A DNA stretch of 53,306 nt, filler included, from Jimgerdemannia flammicorona (Eukaryota): NCBI GenBank assembly GCA_003990765.1. It is 3 parts of 3 records of this genome, joined end to end, with 100 filler letters (N's around TTAATTAATTAA, not from the genome) between each part and the next. Parts side by side here need not be neighbours in the genome. Positions count along the whole stretch, not along the records: positions 1 to 17,704 come from RBNJ01002443.1; positions 17,805 to 35,506 come from RBNJ01002444.1; 1 more part is not named here. One strand, written 5' to 3'. A model generated the notes under the pieces. That model was given only the letters and a program-made list of their open reading frames with translations. It searched no databases and was not told where the DNA came from. Of the stretch, positions 10,600-22,984 are shown piece by piece. Positions within the stretch are counted from its first letter, which is position 1, and each line of letters starts with the position of its first letter. The translations under genes and the position numbers were made by a program.

Positions 10600-12670
10600 T
10601 GTAAGTGCACAACCTCCAAGCTACTGAAATTACACATCACTCTCTGAACAAGACACTGAAATCACATGTGACCTCTAAACAAATCTGGAAATCATCTACT
10701 TGATCACGAAGCTGAGTCAAACCGAAGTCACAGTGTACAAAGCTGAGTCAATACGAAGTCACAGAACACAAGATTTACACAAACAGAATCTTACCAATCA
10801 GGACCAAATGCATATATACCGAGCACCAAGATGCGTCGAATTAGAGAACCAAAACAAACAACAACCATAACTTCCAAACATACAAACATGACCACCGAGA
10901 TCTATACCCACATCCGCACTGACATTTGGAATGCCATTGTCAACCGAGCCACACCCCCTCTGCCTCTCATGAATATCCATAGCCTGGCATCCCTCTACTT
11001 CGTGGAAACCCAATGGAATGCTCTGAACATACTTAGTGAGGCCTACCAAATTGGACAAATCTCAAGCTACTACCAGATCGGCTGCCTCCTGGAAGACATA
11101 GTCGAACACCACCACAATACAGACATTACCCAGATGTCTCAACACCAGAAGCTCATTGCCCGCAAACATCAAGAACTCTTCTATGAGTATAGCATCTTTA
11201 TTCCCCACCTCTGAATTACTACCAGCGAAATGGTTGCTACCCTGTCCTATGGCCAAATCGATGACATGATACAAGAACTCAACCAGAAGTACTTTGAGTA
11301 TGTTGAAACCACAGATAGAACCTTCCCCCACCCCAATGATCACATCCTGCAAATGCCCCAAGTTGGATATGCCATGAAAGACATCTATGATATAATCCAC
11401 TTCGATGAAGATGAAGCAGAAGACAATGATCCCTCTAATGCCGACATGACCTCTAGCCAAGGATCTCTGCCAACCCTGATTACTCTGCCAACCTTACCAA
11501 TGAACTTACAACAGTTCATAACTATATACGAGACTTATTGAGACAATGACCACTGGTATGAATACCAACCTGCATTCACCCCCAATTACTTCAACTACAA
11601 TGAAGAGACTGAAGAATACAATCTGTACCTTCCGACAACCCTCGAGATCGAACCAACCACTCCACTACCTGAGTATGAGTGATATGAACCACAGCCACCA
11701 GCATACTATAACCCTGCAACTCACAGTGCTATAACCTATAGAAGGTACGCAGACAGCGAATCCAACAAAAGTGAAGACAATACACCCATCCTTTGCCCAC
11801 CAATACCTTATCCAGCATACAAGACAGATGATGCTATCCTGTGGGACGGAGATGAAGTTCCAATGTACTATTACCTCAGCGAACAAGGAGAAGTAATCCA
11901 TGAACCACTCTTCCTAGACGACTACTTCATCAGAGATGATGCAATTGATGGTGATGTCATCGAAGACTACCTAGACAGCACCTAAACCCATAAATAGCCT
12001 AGCAGTTATAGTATAGTTAGATTAGCATTATACGACGTGACTGTGAACTGACTCAGCAGTCAGACGATCTCTTGACATGTCAGATCACACTTGTACTACG
12101 TGACTGTATTCTGACTCAGCAAAGCACTTAGTGCTACATCCATATCTAGCATAGTCCAGATAGCCCCTCACTAGTATAAATACCCCCTCCCCCAGACCTC
12201 AGAATCTCAGACTCAAATACACAAGAACATTCCTGAATACTTCCCCACAATATCCCTTCACACAAATACTCCTAGTATAGCAATATCATGAATAGCAAAT
12301 AAACCTATTCCATAACCCACAAACCACTCTTAAGTAAATCTGCTCCCACTCCCTGTTAGGTCCCACTCCTAACCCTGTCACAAAATTTCTTAATTGGGTA
12401 TTGTCTGCAGTGATACACCAATTCAACTAAGCTGGTCTTAGTTTCTTAAACTTCCTGAAATATGGAAAATCCTGAACATCCAGAACTAGTCCAAGAAAAA
12501 AGGACTTTGGTTGAGATATCAATCCAATCTTGAAATCAATAAGCATAGAGGACATACTCCATACAAAATTGATCTTGACCATAAGAAAACAGTCTTTCAG
12601 AATATTCAGAACCTCCAGAAAACCCTTCCAGAACTACATAACAGTTACCCTAAGAAGCAACCCTCTTATA
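10600..12670 (+). repeat. LTR (copy 1, 5')
   Basis: Starts TGTAAG, ends CTCTTATA (CA decayed); homologous to 37193-39254 and 45755-47817; TATAAATA at 12175, AATAAA at 12298. Confidence 0.93.
10888..11985 (+). pseudogene. LTR-embedded 365-codon ORF of unknown function (copy 1)
   Basis: ATG..TAA, 1098 nt, same length in all three LTRs; internal stops are transition-derived and differ between copies. Confidence 0.75.
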
Positions 12671-12673
12671 ACT

Positions 12674-12682
12674 TGGTAGCAG
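12674..12682 (+). promoter_or_regulatory. Primer-binding site TGGTAGCAG (initiator tRNA-Met-like)
   Basis: 3 nt after the LTR end; same motif at 39258-39266. Confidence 0.75.
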
Positions 12683-14693
12683 TAGTTTACAATCCAATTC
12701 CGCTTCAAGACACTTCCTCACCCCGCTACAAACCCCTTTGCGAATTCCTACAAGTTGGTATAAAGCCCAACCTCTGAACTGGAATTTATCCTGAACCATC
12801 CGACAATCTGGAGAGAATTGAACCTGATGTACAAGGACAATTTGATCTCCACACCTGCAACAAGTGGGATAAACTTCATTCAAAGAAAGAAGTACTCCGA
12901 TTAAACCAGCAAATAGGCAAAACCCTATTCCTGAACTCCTTGCACTACACCCAGCAAGTCAAGATGAAGAAGGTCTTATTGAAGCCTTCTTTACTCTTCT
13001 CAACAAGAGTTTTGTCAGCTTCACAAATCTGAGCGATCTAGGACAACCAGCAGCAGTCTTTCTAGCCTTAGTTCCTTACGAAGCCCAAGCCTCTGTAGCC
13101 AAGTGGCTCTACTCTACTGACTTTCACCATACCAGGACTAAGACCGCATTATACTACTGATTCCAGAACAGCAAGGCCCACCATATTCTTAAGGAAGAAG
13201 CAAGAGAAACCCTTCATCAACTACCTGAACCTGAACCTGAAGCAGGCCCCGCTACAGCCCTACCTGAATCTGAAACCAATACTGAACCTGAACTTGACTT
13301 TGAATTAAGTCCATCTGAAATCAGATATACAACTGATTCTGTCTACTTTGATGCTGAGCAAACCCAATTACACAGGGACCAAACCGAAGAAGAGGAGGAG
13401 TATCTCAGTGAATTCAATCCCAGATACACCACCGAAGGAGAAGTATCTCCATTAGGACAGAATACATCTATACAGCAACAAACAGTTATCTATCAAGCCC
13501 TCACTCCAGACCCACAACTATTACTCCAGCAACTTACACAGACCCAAAGAACTCCATCACACTCTGCACCAGTACCTTAAGTAGTACCAGTAACACCAGT
13601 ACCAGCAGTCCAACCACCTCCAGCAAACAACATGGTGAACTAACAGATTCTTGATCTTACAGCCCAAGTAGCTATAATGGCAGCAACTATCACTGCCTTA
13701 GCTGAACAGACCTGACCTACCAAAAATCTGAGCCTACCTACCTTCAATGGTACTGCACAAGAAGTCCAAAGCTTCATTAGTGTAGTTAACACCAACTTCG
13801 AAGCCAATCAATGGACTAATGAGCAAGTCACTGACCGCATTCTGACAAACAATCAAGACCACACTCTGGAACCACTCTTTGCTACAACTACAGCCTATGT
13901 CTGCTGAGTTGTTACATTCTTCCAAGGACCTGCCAAAGAATGGTGGCGAACCCTTCCTGAAAAACCCCTCACATGGGATACCCAACCTGCAGTAGTTGCC
14001 CAGAATGCAGCAAACAATACCCCAGAATATGGAGCCCATCCTGCAGCTCCTGGACTCAAACAACTCATGATTGCTCAATACCGCAGCAAAACCATGATTG
14101 CTGAATCTCGAGTAAAACTCTGCAACCTCAAATTTGATGTACATGGCAAAGGAGAATTCGAAACCTTCTGTACAAAACTCAAGTCACTCCTGAACACTGT
14201 TGGCCTAGGATACATCGCCAATGATGAAGCATGAAATGGTACAAGAGCAGACCATTTATTTGATGCCCTACCCGAATGGCTTACTAGAAAAATCTGAGAA
14301 CAAGGCTGCCCAGTTGGTTGTGATCACCAACAATGGTACCTAGCAAGAATCAAGACTATGGTCAAGCAAATCCTAACAGCTGGACCAATTCTGCCCTGAA
14401 GACAATTTAACAACAAGGAAAGGACTTGGACCAAGAAAGAAGAACCCAAGCATGAAGCATCTCGAGCTCCCTCCACATCCACCTCTTGAACACCCAGAAA
14501 TCCTGAACCCACCCAGCCCAGTACCTTCAAGAAACTTACTGAAGGTGAAAGGAATGAACTTTGAAGAAGTGGAGCATGCTTCTATTGCTGAAAGACAGGA
14601 TACATAGCCAGTGCCTGCCCCAACCAAAAACCCCGAACAGCAACATGAGCAACTATTACCACTCTTCACCACCTCAACAACCTGACCACCAGA

Positions 14694-15104
14694 ACACTAG
14701 ACTTTGTCAAGTTAAGACAAACTGCTAAGGCCCCAAGCAAAGGAAGTCAAAAAGCAGCTGGATATGACTTGTATGCAGCTGAAGAAGCTATAGTTTCCAA
14801 CTAAGAAGTCAAACAAGTCTATACAGGAATTAGTATCCAAATCTCTGAAGGACATATTGGAAGAATATGCTGTCGCAGCAGCCTAGTGTTGAAAGAACTC
14901 TCAGTAGAAGGAGAAATCATTGACGAGGATTTCACAGGCGAAATTATTGTCCTCATCCGAAACCACAGTTGGACACCCTTCAAGATCCCTATTGGCTTCT
15001 GTATCGCTCAGATCCTATTCGAAAAAATCGAGTCAACCCTGATAGTCAAAGAAGTCCCTGAACTACTGCCCACCATCTGAGAATCCAAAGGATTTGGCTC
15101 ATCA
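14694..15104 (+). pseudogene. dUTPase domain of chromovirus copy 1
   Basis: AAGYDL, GRICCRSSL, IDEDFTGEI, IAQILF, KGFGSS motifs. Confidence 0.88.
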
Positions 15105-17704
15105 AACAAAGCCCCAGCCCAACCTACTATGAGCAAAGAAGAACAATTCTACAAGAAGATTGAAGATGGATATGTACCGAGTGGCCAATGCCCTCATGGC
15201 ATTGGAATGTACTCTTCCCAAATGATTGATGATTGCTTCTCTTATGTCAACGAACTGGCTCAAAGAAGAACCAATAGAAGGAAAGCTCCTACAACTGAAA
15301 TCACTACCATTGGATCAGACAAACTGCTCACCTTTAAGGCTTTTGTCAATGGAGCACCTGTCAAGATTATGATAGACAGTGGTGCCTTAGGCAACTTTAT
15401 CAATAAAGAGATAGCCAACAGACTCAAGATCTTCACCTCTCCAGTACAGCAAACTCAAGCAGTTGCTACAGCTGATGGAACCTCATATGTTATTAGCAAA
15501 GAAGTCTACAATCTATTCTTCTGAATTGGCAACTACTGAGTATATGTTATCCTCCAAATCATACCACTTCCTGACAATGAAATCATTCTTGGGACTCCAT
15601 GGTTAAAACAAGAGAACCCCATGATTGATTGGGTAAACCATTCTCTGACCATCAAGAAAGGATGCCACAACTTCAAACTGTAAGGCGAAAAGGACCCACT
15701 TAATTCTAGTGACCTTGGACCAAAGATCACCCACATCAACAAGCTACAACTCAAGAAATTGGCCAAGAAATGCCCTCTCTTTGCCATCTCCATCTGACCA
15801 TCCAAAGGAGAACCCGAGAACTCTGAAGAAGATTTTTCCAAAGTTGACAGCCATGTCAGACCACTACTCCAGAAATTCTAAGACATATTCCCAAAGAAGC
15901 TCCCGAAAGACCTACCTCCCAAACGAGCAGTAGACCATATAATCAAGACTATCCCAGATGCCAAACCAGCCTTCAAGTCAATCTACCACATGTCTCCGAG
16001 AGAAATTGATACACTCAAGAAAGAAATTGATGAACTCCTAGAACAAGAATTCATCAGACCCAGTGTATCACCCTATAGTGCACCAGTTCTCTTTTTTGTC
16101 AAAAAAGGAGGAGACCTGCGAATGTACATTGACTACTGCGATCTCAATGAATAGACCATCAAAAACTGTTGCCCACTACTGAGGATTGATAAAATATTCA
16201 ATAGGCTCACTAACCCACAATTTATGAGCTCTTTTGACCTGCGAAATGGTTACTGGCAAATTGCTATGAAAGAAGAAGACATCTATAAGACAGCTTTCTG
16301 AACTCGCAATGGATACTTTGAGTTTCTGGTTATGCCCTTTGGCTTAACTAATGCTCCAGCAACCTTCCAGACACTGATGAATACCATTCTGCATCTATAT
16401 CTGGACAAATTCATTGTTGTCTACATTGATGACATCCTAGTTTTCAGCAAAACCCTAGAGGAACATCTTGAACACCTTGAACTAGTCCTACTGAAACTCC
16501 AAGAAAACTGACTCTTTGCAAAACTCAGCAAGTGCAAATTTCTCCTAAAAGAAATTCAATTTCTTGGACACATTGTCACTCCAAATGGAATCAAAGTGGA
16601 CCCCAGCAAAATCTCTGCAATCAAAGATTGGCCCACACCCAAGAAGCTGAAAGACCTCCAGTCATTCCTGGGATTAGCAAACTATTACAGGCGATTTGTT
16701 GCCAACTTTGCTAAAATCGCTATCACCCTCATCTAAATGACCAAGCACAGCAAGAAACAAGAAAAACCCTGGACCATGAAACAAGAGAAAGACTTCAACA
16801 ATCTTGTAAATTGGGGACACAAACAAGATACCACCTTTCAAATACTGAAAGATGCCTTGATAACCACTCCAGTACTTCAAGTGGCAAACCCTGCCCTACC
16901 ATATGAAGTCACTACTGATGCCTCTGACCTAGCTCTTGGAGCAGTGCTCATGCAAGAAGGACACCCTGTGGCTTATCACTCCTGCAAGTTCAATGATGCC
17001 GAAATCAACTATGCAACTCATGAGAAGAAAATGCTAGCCATCGTAGACACTCTGATCAAATGGCAACCATACCTAGAAGGAGCACACTTCACTATATTAA
17101 CTGACCACAAGTCATTAGTCAATATCAAGACACAGGCTACCCTTTCCCGAAAACAAGCCAGATGGATGAAAGTTCTCACCAACTTTGACTACGAAATCCA
17201 GTACCACCCTAGCAAGGAAAATATTATTGCCGATGCAATCTCCAGACCACCAATTGAAGAGGTTATCCAAACTCTGACCTTGGTTACCAACACTATCATG
17301 GAACAAATCATCGCAGTATATGTTGATGATAAAGAAGCTCAAGCACTCCGAGAAATCCTGAACAATGATGATGCTGCCAAGCATATCCGGTACAATCAAT
17401 ACCAACTGAAGGACAATACTATCTACTACAAAGACAGATTGTATGTCCCAAACAACTGAGACCTCTAAAGGACTATCCTATTCGAATGTCATGATGCTCC
17501 TACAGCTGGACATCTAGGATTTGACAAATGTTATGAAGTTATCTCTCAAAACTTCTATTGGCCCCACATGGCAGATCAGCTCAAAACCTACATCACTTCC
17601 TATGATGCCTGCCAATGAAACAAGTCCTCAACACTAGCAAAACCTGGCTTACTTCACTCTATCCCAGTACCATCTGTGAATTGAGAACAAATCTCTTTTT
17701 TTTT

Positions 17705-17804
17705 NNNNNNNNNNNNNNNNNNNNNNNNNNNNNNNNNNNNNNNNNNNNTTAATTAATTAANNNNNNNNNNNNNNNNNNNNNNNNNNNNNNNNNNNNNNNN
17801 NNNN
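17705..17804. other. Artificial contig linker (N44-TTAATTAATTAA-N44)
   Basis: Six-frame stop spacer inside N runs. Confidence 0.97.
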
Positions 17805-18299
17805 AAAAAAAAAAAAAAAAACCACGACAAAATCAAACACCCGAAACGGTTTCCAACCAGAACATGCGAACAACGTTATTAACAATTAAGGGACGACAGA
17901 TTCCCGATCCCAGGATCTCCGAGGTGCCATGGGCCAACATTATACTGAAAGACCAAAGGATCGTACACAGATCGGCGTTATTCGATCCATTAGATCCACG
18001 TCGCGTGCCCCGCTCGCCATTTACAAATCGCAGAGCGGGAATGGGTATTTCGCCCTCCCTCGCCCACCACGTTTGCGACGTCCTCTCTGGTCCTCGAGAC
18101 AATACGAGGCGAGCTCGTCCTACGAACGAGGGCGCTGGGCGGTCAAAGCTTGGCTGACACAAGAGAGGCGGATGATCCCGAATGCATACGGGGCTGGGTG
18201 CATTGCCAAGCCACGCAGTAGGTCGCGAAGGGCAGTTGGACAACTTGGGAGGTTTCCGACGACGGATGGGGACGACAGACTCTTGGGAAACGGGGGCTT

Positions 18300-18337
<38 letters not shown>

Positions 18338-19396
18338 GGGGAGGGGGAGGGCGAAAGCGTGTTTAGTCGATCCAAGCGATGGAGACAATGGAGTGTTGCG
18401 CACGCCGACAACATAAACCAGGCTGGCGGGACGCTGACGCACGGAACACGGCGATTCTGGGGTGGGTCCTGTGATGTGCGACGATGCTGGACGGGAGGAC
18501 CCCCAACAGACTCTGCCGAAGATAATGATAATTCTTTGCGGCAAGTCGGTTGGGAGTGCGGGGACGTACGTATGTGATCTGCGGTTTCATTCTGTCGCAA
18601 AGAATTGCTAATAACTGGTCAACCCCGTTGGGTGTATCCCGAGGAGGTGATGAACATGCATCCATTGTTTCAACGCCACAGTTATGGGTGCACGCGTTCT
18701 GAAACCCTGGAACGTCCATGTGAAAACCAATCCGGGGTCATGCGCCTAGTCCCTCATGTAGTAAATGGCTCAGCTGGTCCCAGGTGCTGTTGGAGATAAC
18801 GTATGGAGCTTTACCGATACCCAGCTCGCGCGTCCGCGCTAATCTTATGTCGATATAATTATAGTGCGTCCCATAACACGTTATGTAATATAGTGAATAT
18901 AGTGTCGCCTCGCGTGTGACTTTTTGACAGAGGCCACGCCAACCCAGCCACATTATCTCAGCACGATTTTAATCGGCCCTGCAACGATCCCTGGTCGGCG
19001 GCTTGGCCACGATGGCCCTTAATAGGACATCCGAATCAACGTTTCACCCGCGGGTTGCGGGGGGTAATGAATACCACGTGGTATTTGTGTTCCTAGAACG
19101 GTGGGGCGAGGGGGTGGGAGATGAAGCGCTTCACTTGTTGACAATAGGATCGAGATCCCTGAATGGGAGAAAGGACACCTTTTGGGGAATGGTGATTGTG
19201 GTGTGTTTGTCGCCTTTTTGGACCGAGTTCGTCTGTTAGGGTAATATTTGGCCCGTGAGGTGTGGCCGATCGCCGATGAGTGGAAGAAAGAGGGCCAAGT
19301 CACATGATTCTATCTTCCTGAAACAGGTCACTTGCCACCGCGACTGCCTTGTTGCCTCAATTGCCCCACATCAACCAGCCAAACACAACACATTGC

Positions 19397-21125
19397 ATGG
19401 AATACCGCTATCTGGGAAACTCTGGCCTGAAGGTTTCCTGCCTCGGTCTGGGAGGCTGGATCACTTTCGGTACATCTTCTATCTCGCCTGGGATCTTAAC
19501 CCCCGTAAACGTCGCGTCTTGCAGCATTCTCGGCCTGTTTCATCCGAGCTTGCTTCCAAAACTTATCCTCATATTTCGCTAACCCGAGTTTTCTTCACCT
19601 TGTATTACAATAGGGCAGCAAGTCTCATTCGGTAAGTCGTCCGAGACTCCCAGCACACTCCTCTTTCTCGCGCGTTTTGACAACCCCCCCTGTGCTCATT
19701 CCGTAACCATGGTCTTACTCACCCTGCAGAAACCTGTGCGGAGTGCATGCGCGTGGCGTTCGAGAATGGTGTCAACTATTTCGATACCGCCGAGAGTAAC
19801 GCCGGTACGTATGGGCCGTTTGCGAGGTATATCCGCAGGAACTAACGATGTGCACAGTCCCGTGTGCCTTTTTTTTTATTTATTGTTTTGTTTGGGCGAA
19901 AATGGCCAACATAGTTAGATCAGATTCCTGATTGAGCTAAATCCTCCAAAAAAAGTTTCCACTCATGGTACTGACCAACAAATTCCTTTCTATCCACACT
20001 TTCTTCCTCCCCCCCCTCCCCCCTTATGCAGGTGGTCAATCCGAAATCGACATGGGCATGGTCTTCCGGAAGTTTGGCTGGAAGCGTTCGGACCTCGTCG
20101 TATCAACCAAGATTTTCTGGGGTGGCAAGGGCCCGAACGATCGCGGCCTGTCGCGCAAGCACGTCATCGAAGGGCTCCGCGCGTCCCTTAAACGCCTCCA
20201 GCTCACTTACGTCGACATTGTATTCGCTCACCGCCCGGACCTGGATACACCTATGGAAGAGGTCGTCCGTGCATTCAACCACGTCATTGATAAAGGAATG
20301 GCCTTCTACTGGGGTACCTCCGAATGGCCTGCACAAAAAATCACTGAGGCACATGCCGTCGCTCAGAGGCTCGGGTTGATCGCCCCCTTGTTGGAGGTGG
20401 GTGGGAGACGCGTCCTTGAGATCGTTGTGCGCGCATTATATATTCTCGCTATCACGCCTCTCACATCCATCCACCATCATTTTCACTTTGTAGCAATCCC
20501 AATACAACATGTTCAATCGCGAGTGCATTGAAAAGGAATACATGCCCTTGACTCAGAGCTTCGGTATGGGTCTCGTGACGTGGTCGCCCCTCGCGTCGGG
20601 CATCCTGACCGGAAAATACAACAACGGAATTCCGCCAGACTCGAGACTCGCCCTGGCCGAACACCCCGCCATCACTCGATTGCGCGCGGGGCTGGCGACC
20701 GAGGAAGGAAGGAGAAAGTTCGAGAAGGTCAGGGCTATCATGGTAAGTATGTTCGCCGTTGGACTGTCGCGTGGTCTGGTTCAACCTGGACGGACTAAGT
20801 ATATGTTCGGGAAGATATATAAGGATAACAAGCTCCTATACCTGTGCCAACCTGATATATTATTCGCGCATTCCCCTATCAATTCACTCTGGCCCAGCGC
20901 ATCGCCCAAAACATTGGCTGCACGCCGGCGCAGTTGGCACTCGCCTGGTGCCTCCGGGGCCCGAGCGTCTCCGCCGTGATTATGGGGGCGTCGCGGCCGG
21001 AGCAGGTGGCGGAAAACCTACGGTCGTTGGCGGTGGCGCCAAAGCTTACCAACGAGATCATGCTGGAGATTGAAGCCATCCTACAGAACAAGCCGGAGCC
21101 AATTTTCAACTTTAGGAAGTCGTGA
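19397..21125 (+). CDS. Aldo-keto reductase, voltage-gated K+ channel beta-subunit-like (AKR6-like), 335 aa, 6 exons
   Basis: Exons 19397-19469, 19614-19631, 19730-19804, 20032-20396, 20494-20742, 20898-21125 with GT-AG introns sum to 1008 nt. Motifs [59 protein letters not shown]. Confidence 0.93.
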
Positions 21126-22013
21126 GCGGTATCGTGCAGTGACTGAGAAACGCGGCGGATTGGTTTTTTTTTTTTTTTTTTTTTTTTTTGGAGGGGGGGG
21201 GGACTCGGGTTTAAGTTTTATTATTTCATTTTTGTTTGAGTAATCGTTGGGAACGGTACGTGCATTTCCTTTTTTTCCTTTTCCTTTTCCTTTTCCTTTT
21301 TTCTTTCTCTCTTTCTGGGATGCATTTGGTCATCGTTTGCGAAATCATGGTTCAGATTTGCATATGGAAAAAAAAAAAAAGTCGAATGACAGGATGTTGC
21401 ATTGGGTCTTGAAGGATGGGGACGCATACAAACAATGTCCATGACGCTGATATAGAGTAGCGAGGTTTTCTTTCTCTTTCCCCTATGGACTTTTATAATA
21501 CCGCGTCTCACACATTCGGCGCATGTTTTCTCATTGGCACATCGAGTTCATATTTGTCGCCTTTCTTCAAGGACAGTAATAGTCCATACATACGTCTAAT
21601 ATGGGTGATTGATTGGTGGAACGCATCACGTAAATGGGTATTGACCCAATAGATGGTTTTTATTTTATTTTATTTTACAGATATACATATATATTTTTAT
21701 TTATTTATTTTCTTCCGTTACTTCTATGTTCATCTTCTATGCTTACACTATACTAAAATTTATGAAAAAGTAAGCTTACCTCCCCTTCATCGCTGACAGG
21801 GTCGTCGGCTCGAAAATTCGCGAGCCTAAGAAATTCTATGCGCTCGAATTAAACTATGCTTCCTCCATCGACCTACCCCAATAATTTGTTTCGCCGCCAT
21901 TCACGGCCTCCCATTGGCACATGTCACTTGTCACTGCGTTGGGAGGATACCGACTAGAACATATTGGGCATGCAAGCGGATGGACATGCCATTGTTATAA
22001 ATCAGTTACCCGG

Positions 22014-22165
22014 TGCTCACTACCGCTCACCACCGTTCACTGCCGCTCACCACCGCTCACTGCCGCTCACTGCCGCTCACCACCGCTCGCCACCGCTCAC
22101 CACCGTTCGCCATTGCTCGCCGCTACTCGCCGCCGCTCGGCGCCGCTCACCGCCACTCGCCGCCT
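22014..22165 (+). repeat. GC-rich 10-bp minisatellite (CRCCGCTCRC)n
   Basis: About 15 degenerate tandem units; a short second run near 22250-22275. Confidence 0.8.
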
Positions 22166-22409
22166 TGTCAGTCGGACATGCCAACTGGTGCGCCTAAGGA
22201 CAGCTCCATCAAGAAGATCTTCTGGGCGCATTGTTATAACTCGGCTACCCGCCCCGCCGCTCACCGCCGCTCGTGTCGCAACCATCACCAACCATCAATC
22301 ATCGATATATAATGAGATGATACTTATTAAAAGAAAGTAAGGTTGTCCGAAGAGACTGCAATCTCAAACGATCTTATGTCTCTTCTGCCAAATTGTCAAG
22401 CAATCAGAT

Positions 22410-22930
22410 CCAGTGAGTATATAAGATAAAACACAATACTGATAGAAATGTAGAGTGATATAAAGCTCATTTTATTACTAAGAGTTACTCACAAGATTAT
22501 AGTATAGACTACAATGAGACATTTTCATAGAATACTCTTTATAATCAGTATACTATACAACCTAGAGATCTATCAAATAGATGTAAAGATGGTAGTGATA
22601 TAGATATCAAACTATATGTCTATTAACTACAAGGATACAAAAATGGTGAGCTCATATGCAAATTATATAAGAGATTATATGGCATTAAGTAAGTAGTATA
22701 ATTATAGAATAAAAGAATCAATAAATATCTTCTTGATGATAGATTTATGCATTGCAAAGCAGATAATTATATATATATGTCCAACATTATGATAATAGTA
22801 GTATAGTATTCATTAGTATATAGATAGATGATATCATCATCATTGCCAATAAGAATAGGCATAATAAAGTTAAAGAAGCTCTATACTGAGAATTCAAAAT
22901 GATCAATATGGACAATATATATTTTTTGCT
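22410..22930 (+). mobile_element. Decayed Ty1/Copia reverse transcriptase fragment
   Basis: Translates as DRNVE*YKAHFITKSYSQDYSIDYNETFS, LEIYQIDVK, KLYKRLYGIK*, IDDIII, matching the Copia RT motifs YKARLVAKGYSQ, QMDVK, LYGLKQ, VDD. Confidence 0.8.
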
Positions 22931-22984
22931 TGGAATATTAATCACTTATAACTGAAATATATATACTATACATCTGTCTCTTAA

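Larger units (their letters stand above)
10600..17695 (+). mobile_element. Ty3/Gypsy chromovirus copy 1 (5' LTR, gag, dUTPase, PR, RT, RNase H, start of IN); decayed and cut by poly-T/contig end
   Basis: Colinear with 37193-44285; IDSGA protease, YIDD (16422-16433), TTDASD RNase H, H..H..C integrase zinc finger; many CGA>TGA stops. Confidence 0.93.

Noticed and set aside
17705..17804. TTAATTAATTAA palindrome inside N runs (also 35507-35606)
   Set aside because: Artificial joiner; adjacency across these gaps should not be interpreted biologically.
17833..18600. 255-aa minus-strand ORF and neighbours upstream of the AKR gene
   Set aside because: Runs through a homopolymer (poly-Lys) and has no recognisable motifs; likely intergenic or UTR sequence.
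20026..20031. TAT GCA at the intron 3 acceptor supplying the missing AKR tyrosine
   Set aside because: It is the normal TATGCAG acceptor; no AG lies just upstream in the pyrimidine tract that would include it in the exon.
22014..22165. CRISPR-like array
   Set aside because: Contiguous 10-bp units with no unique spacers, in a eukaryotic context without cas genes.
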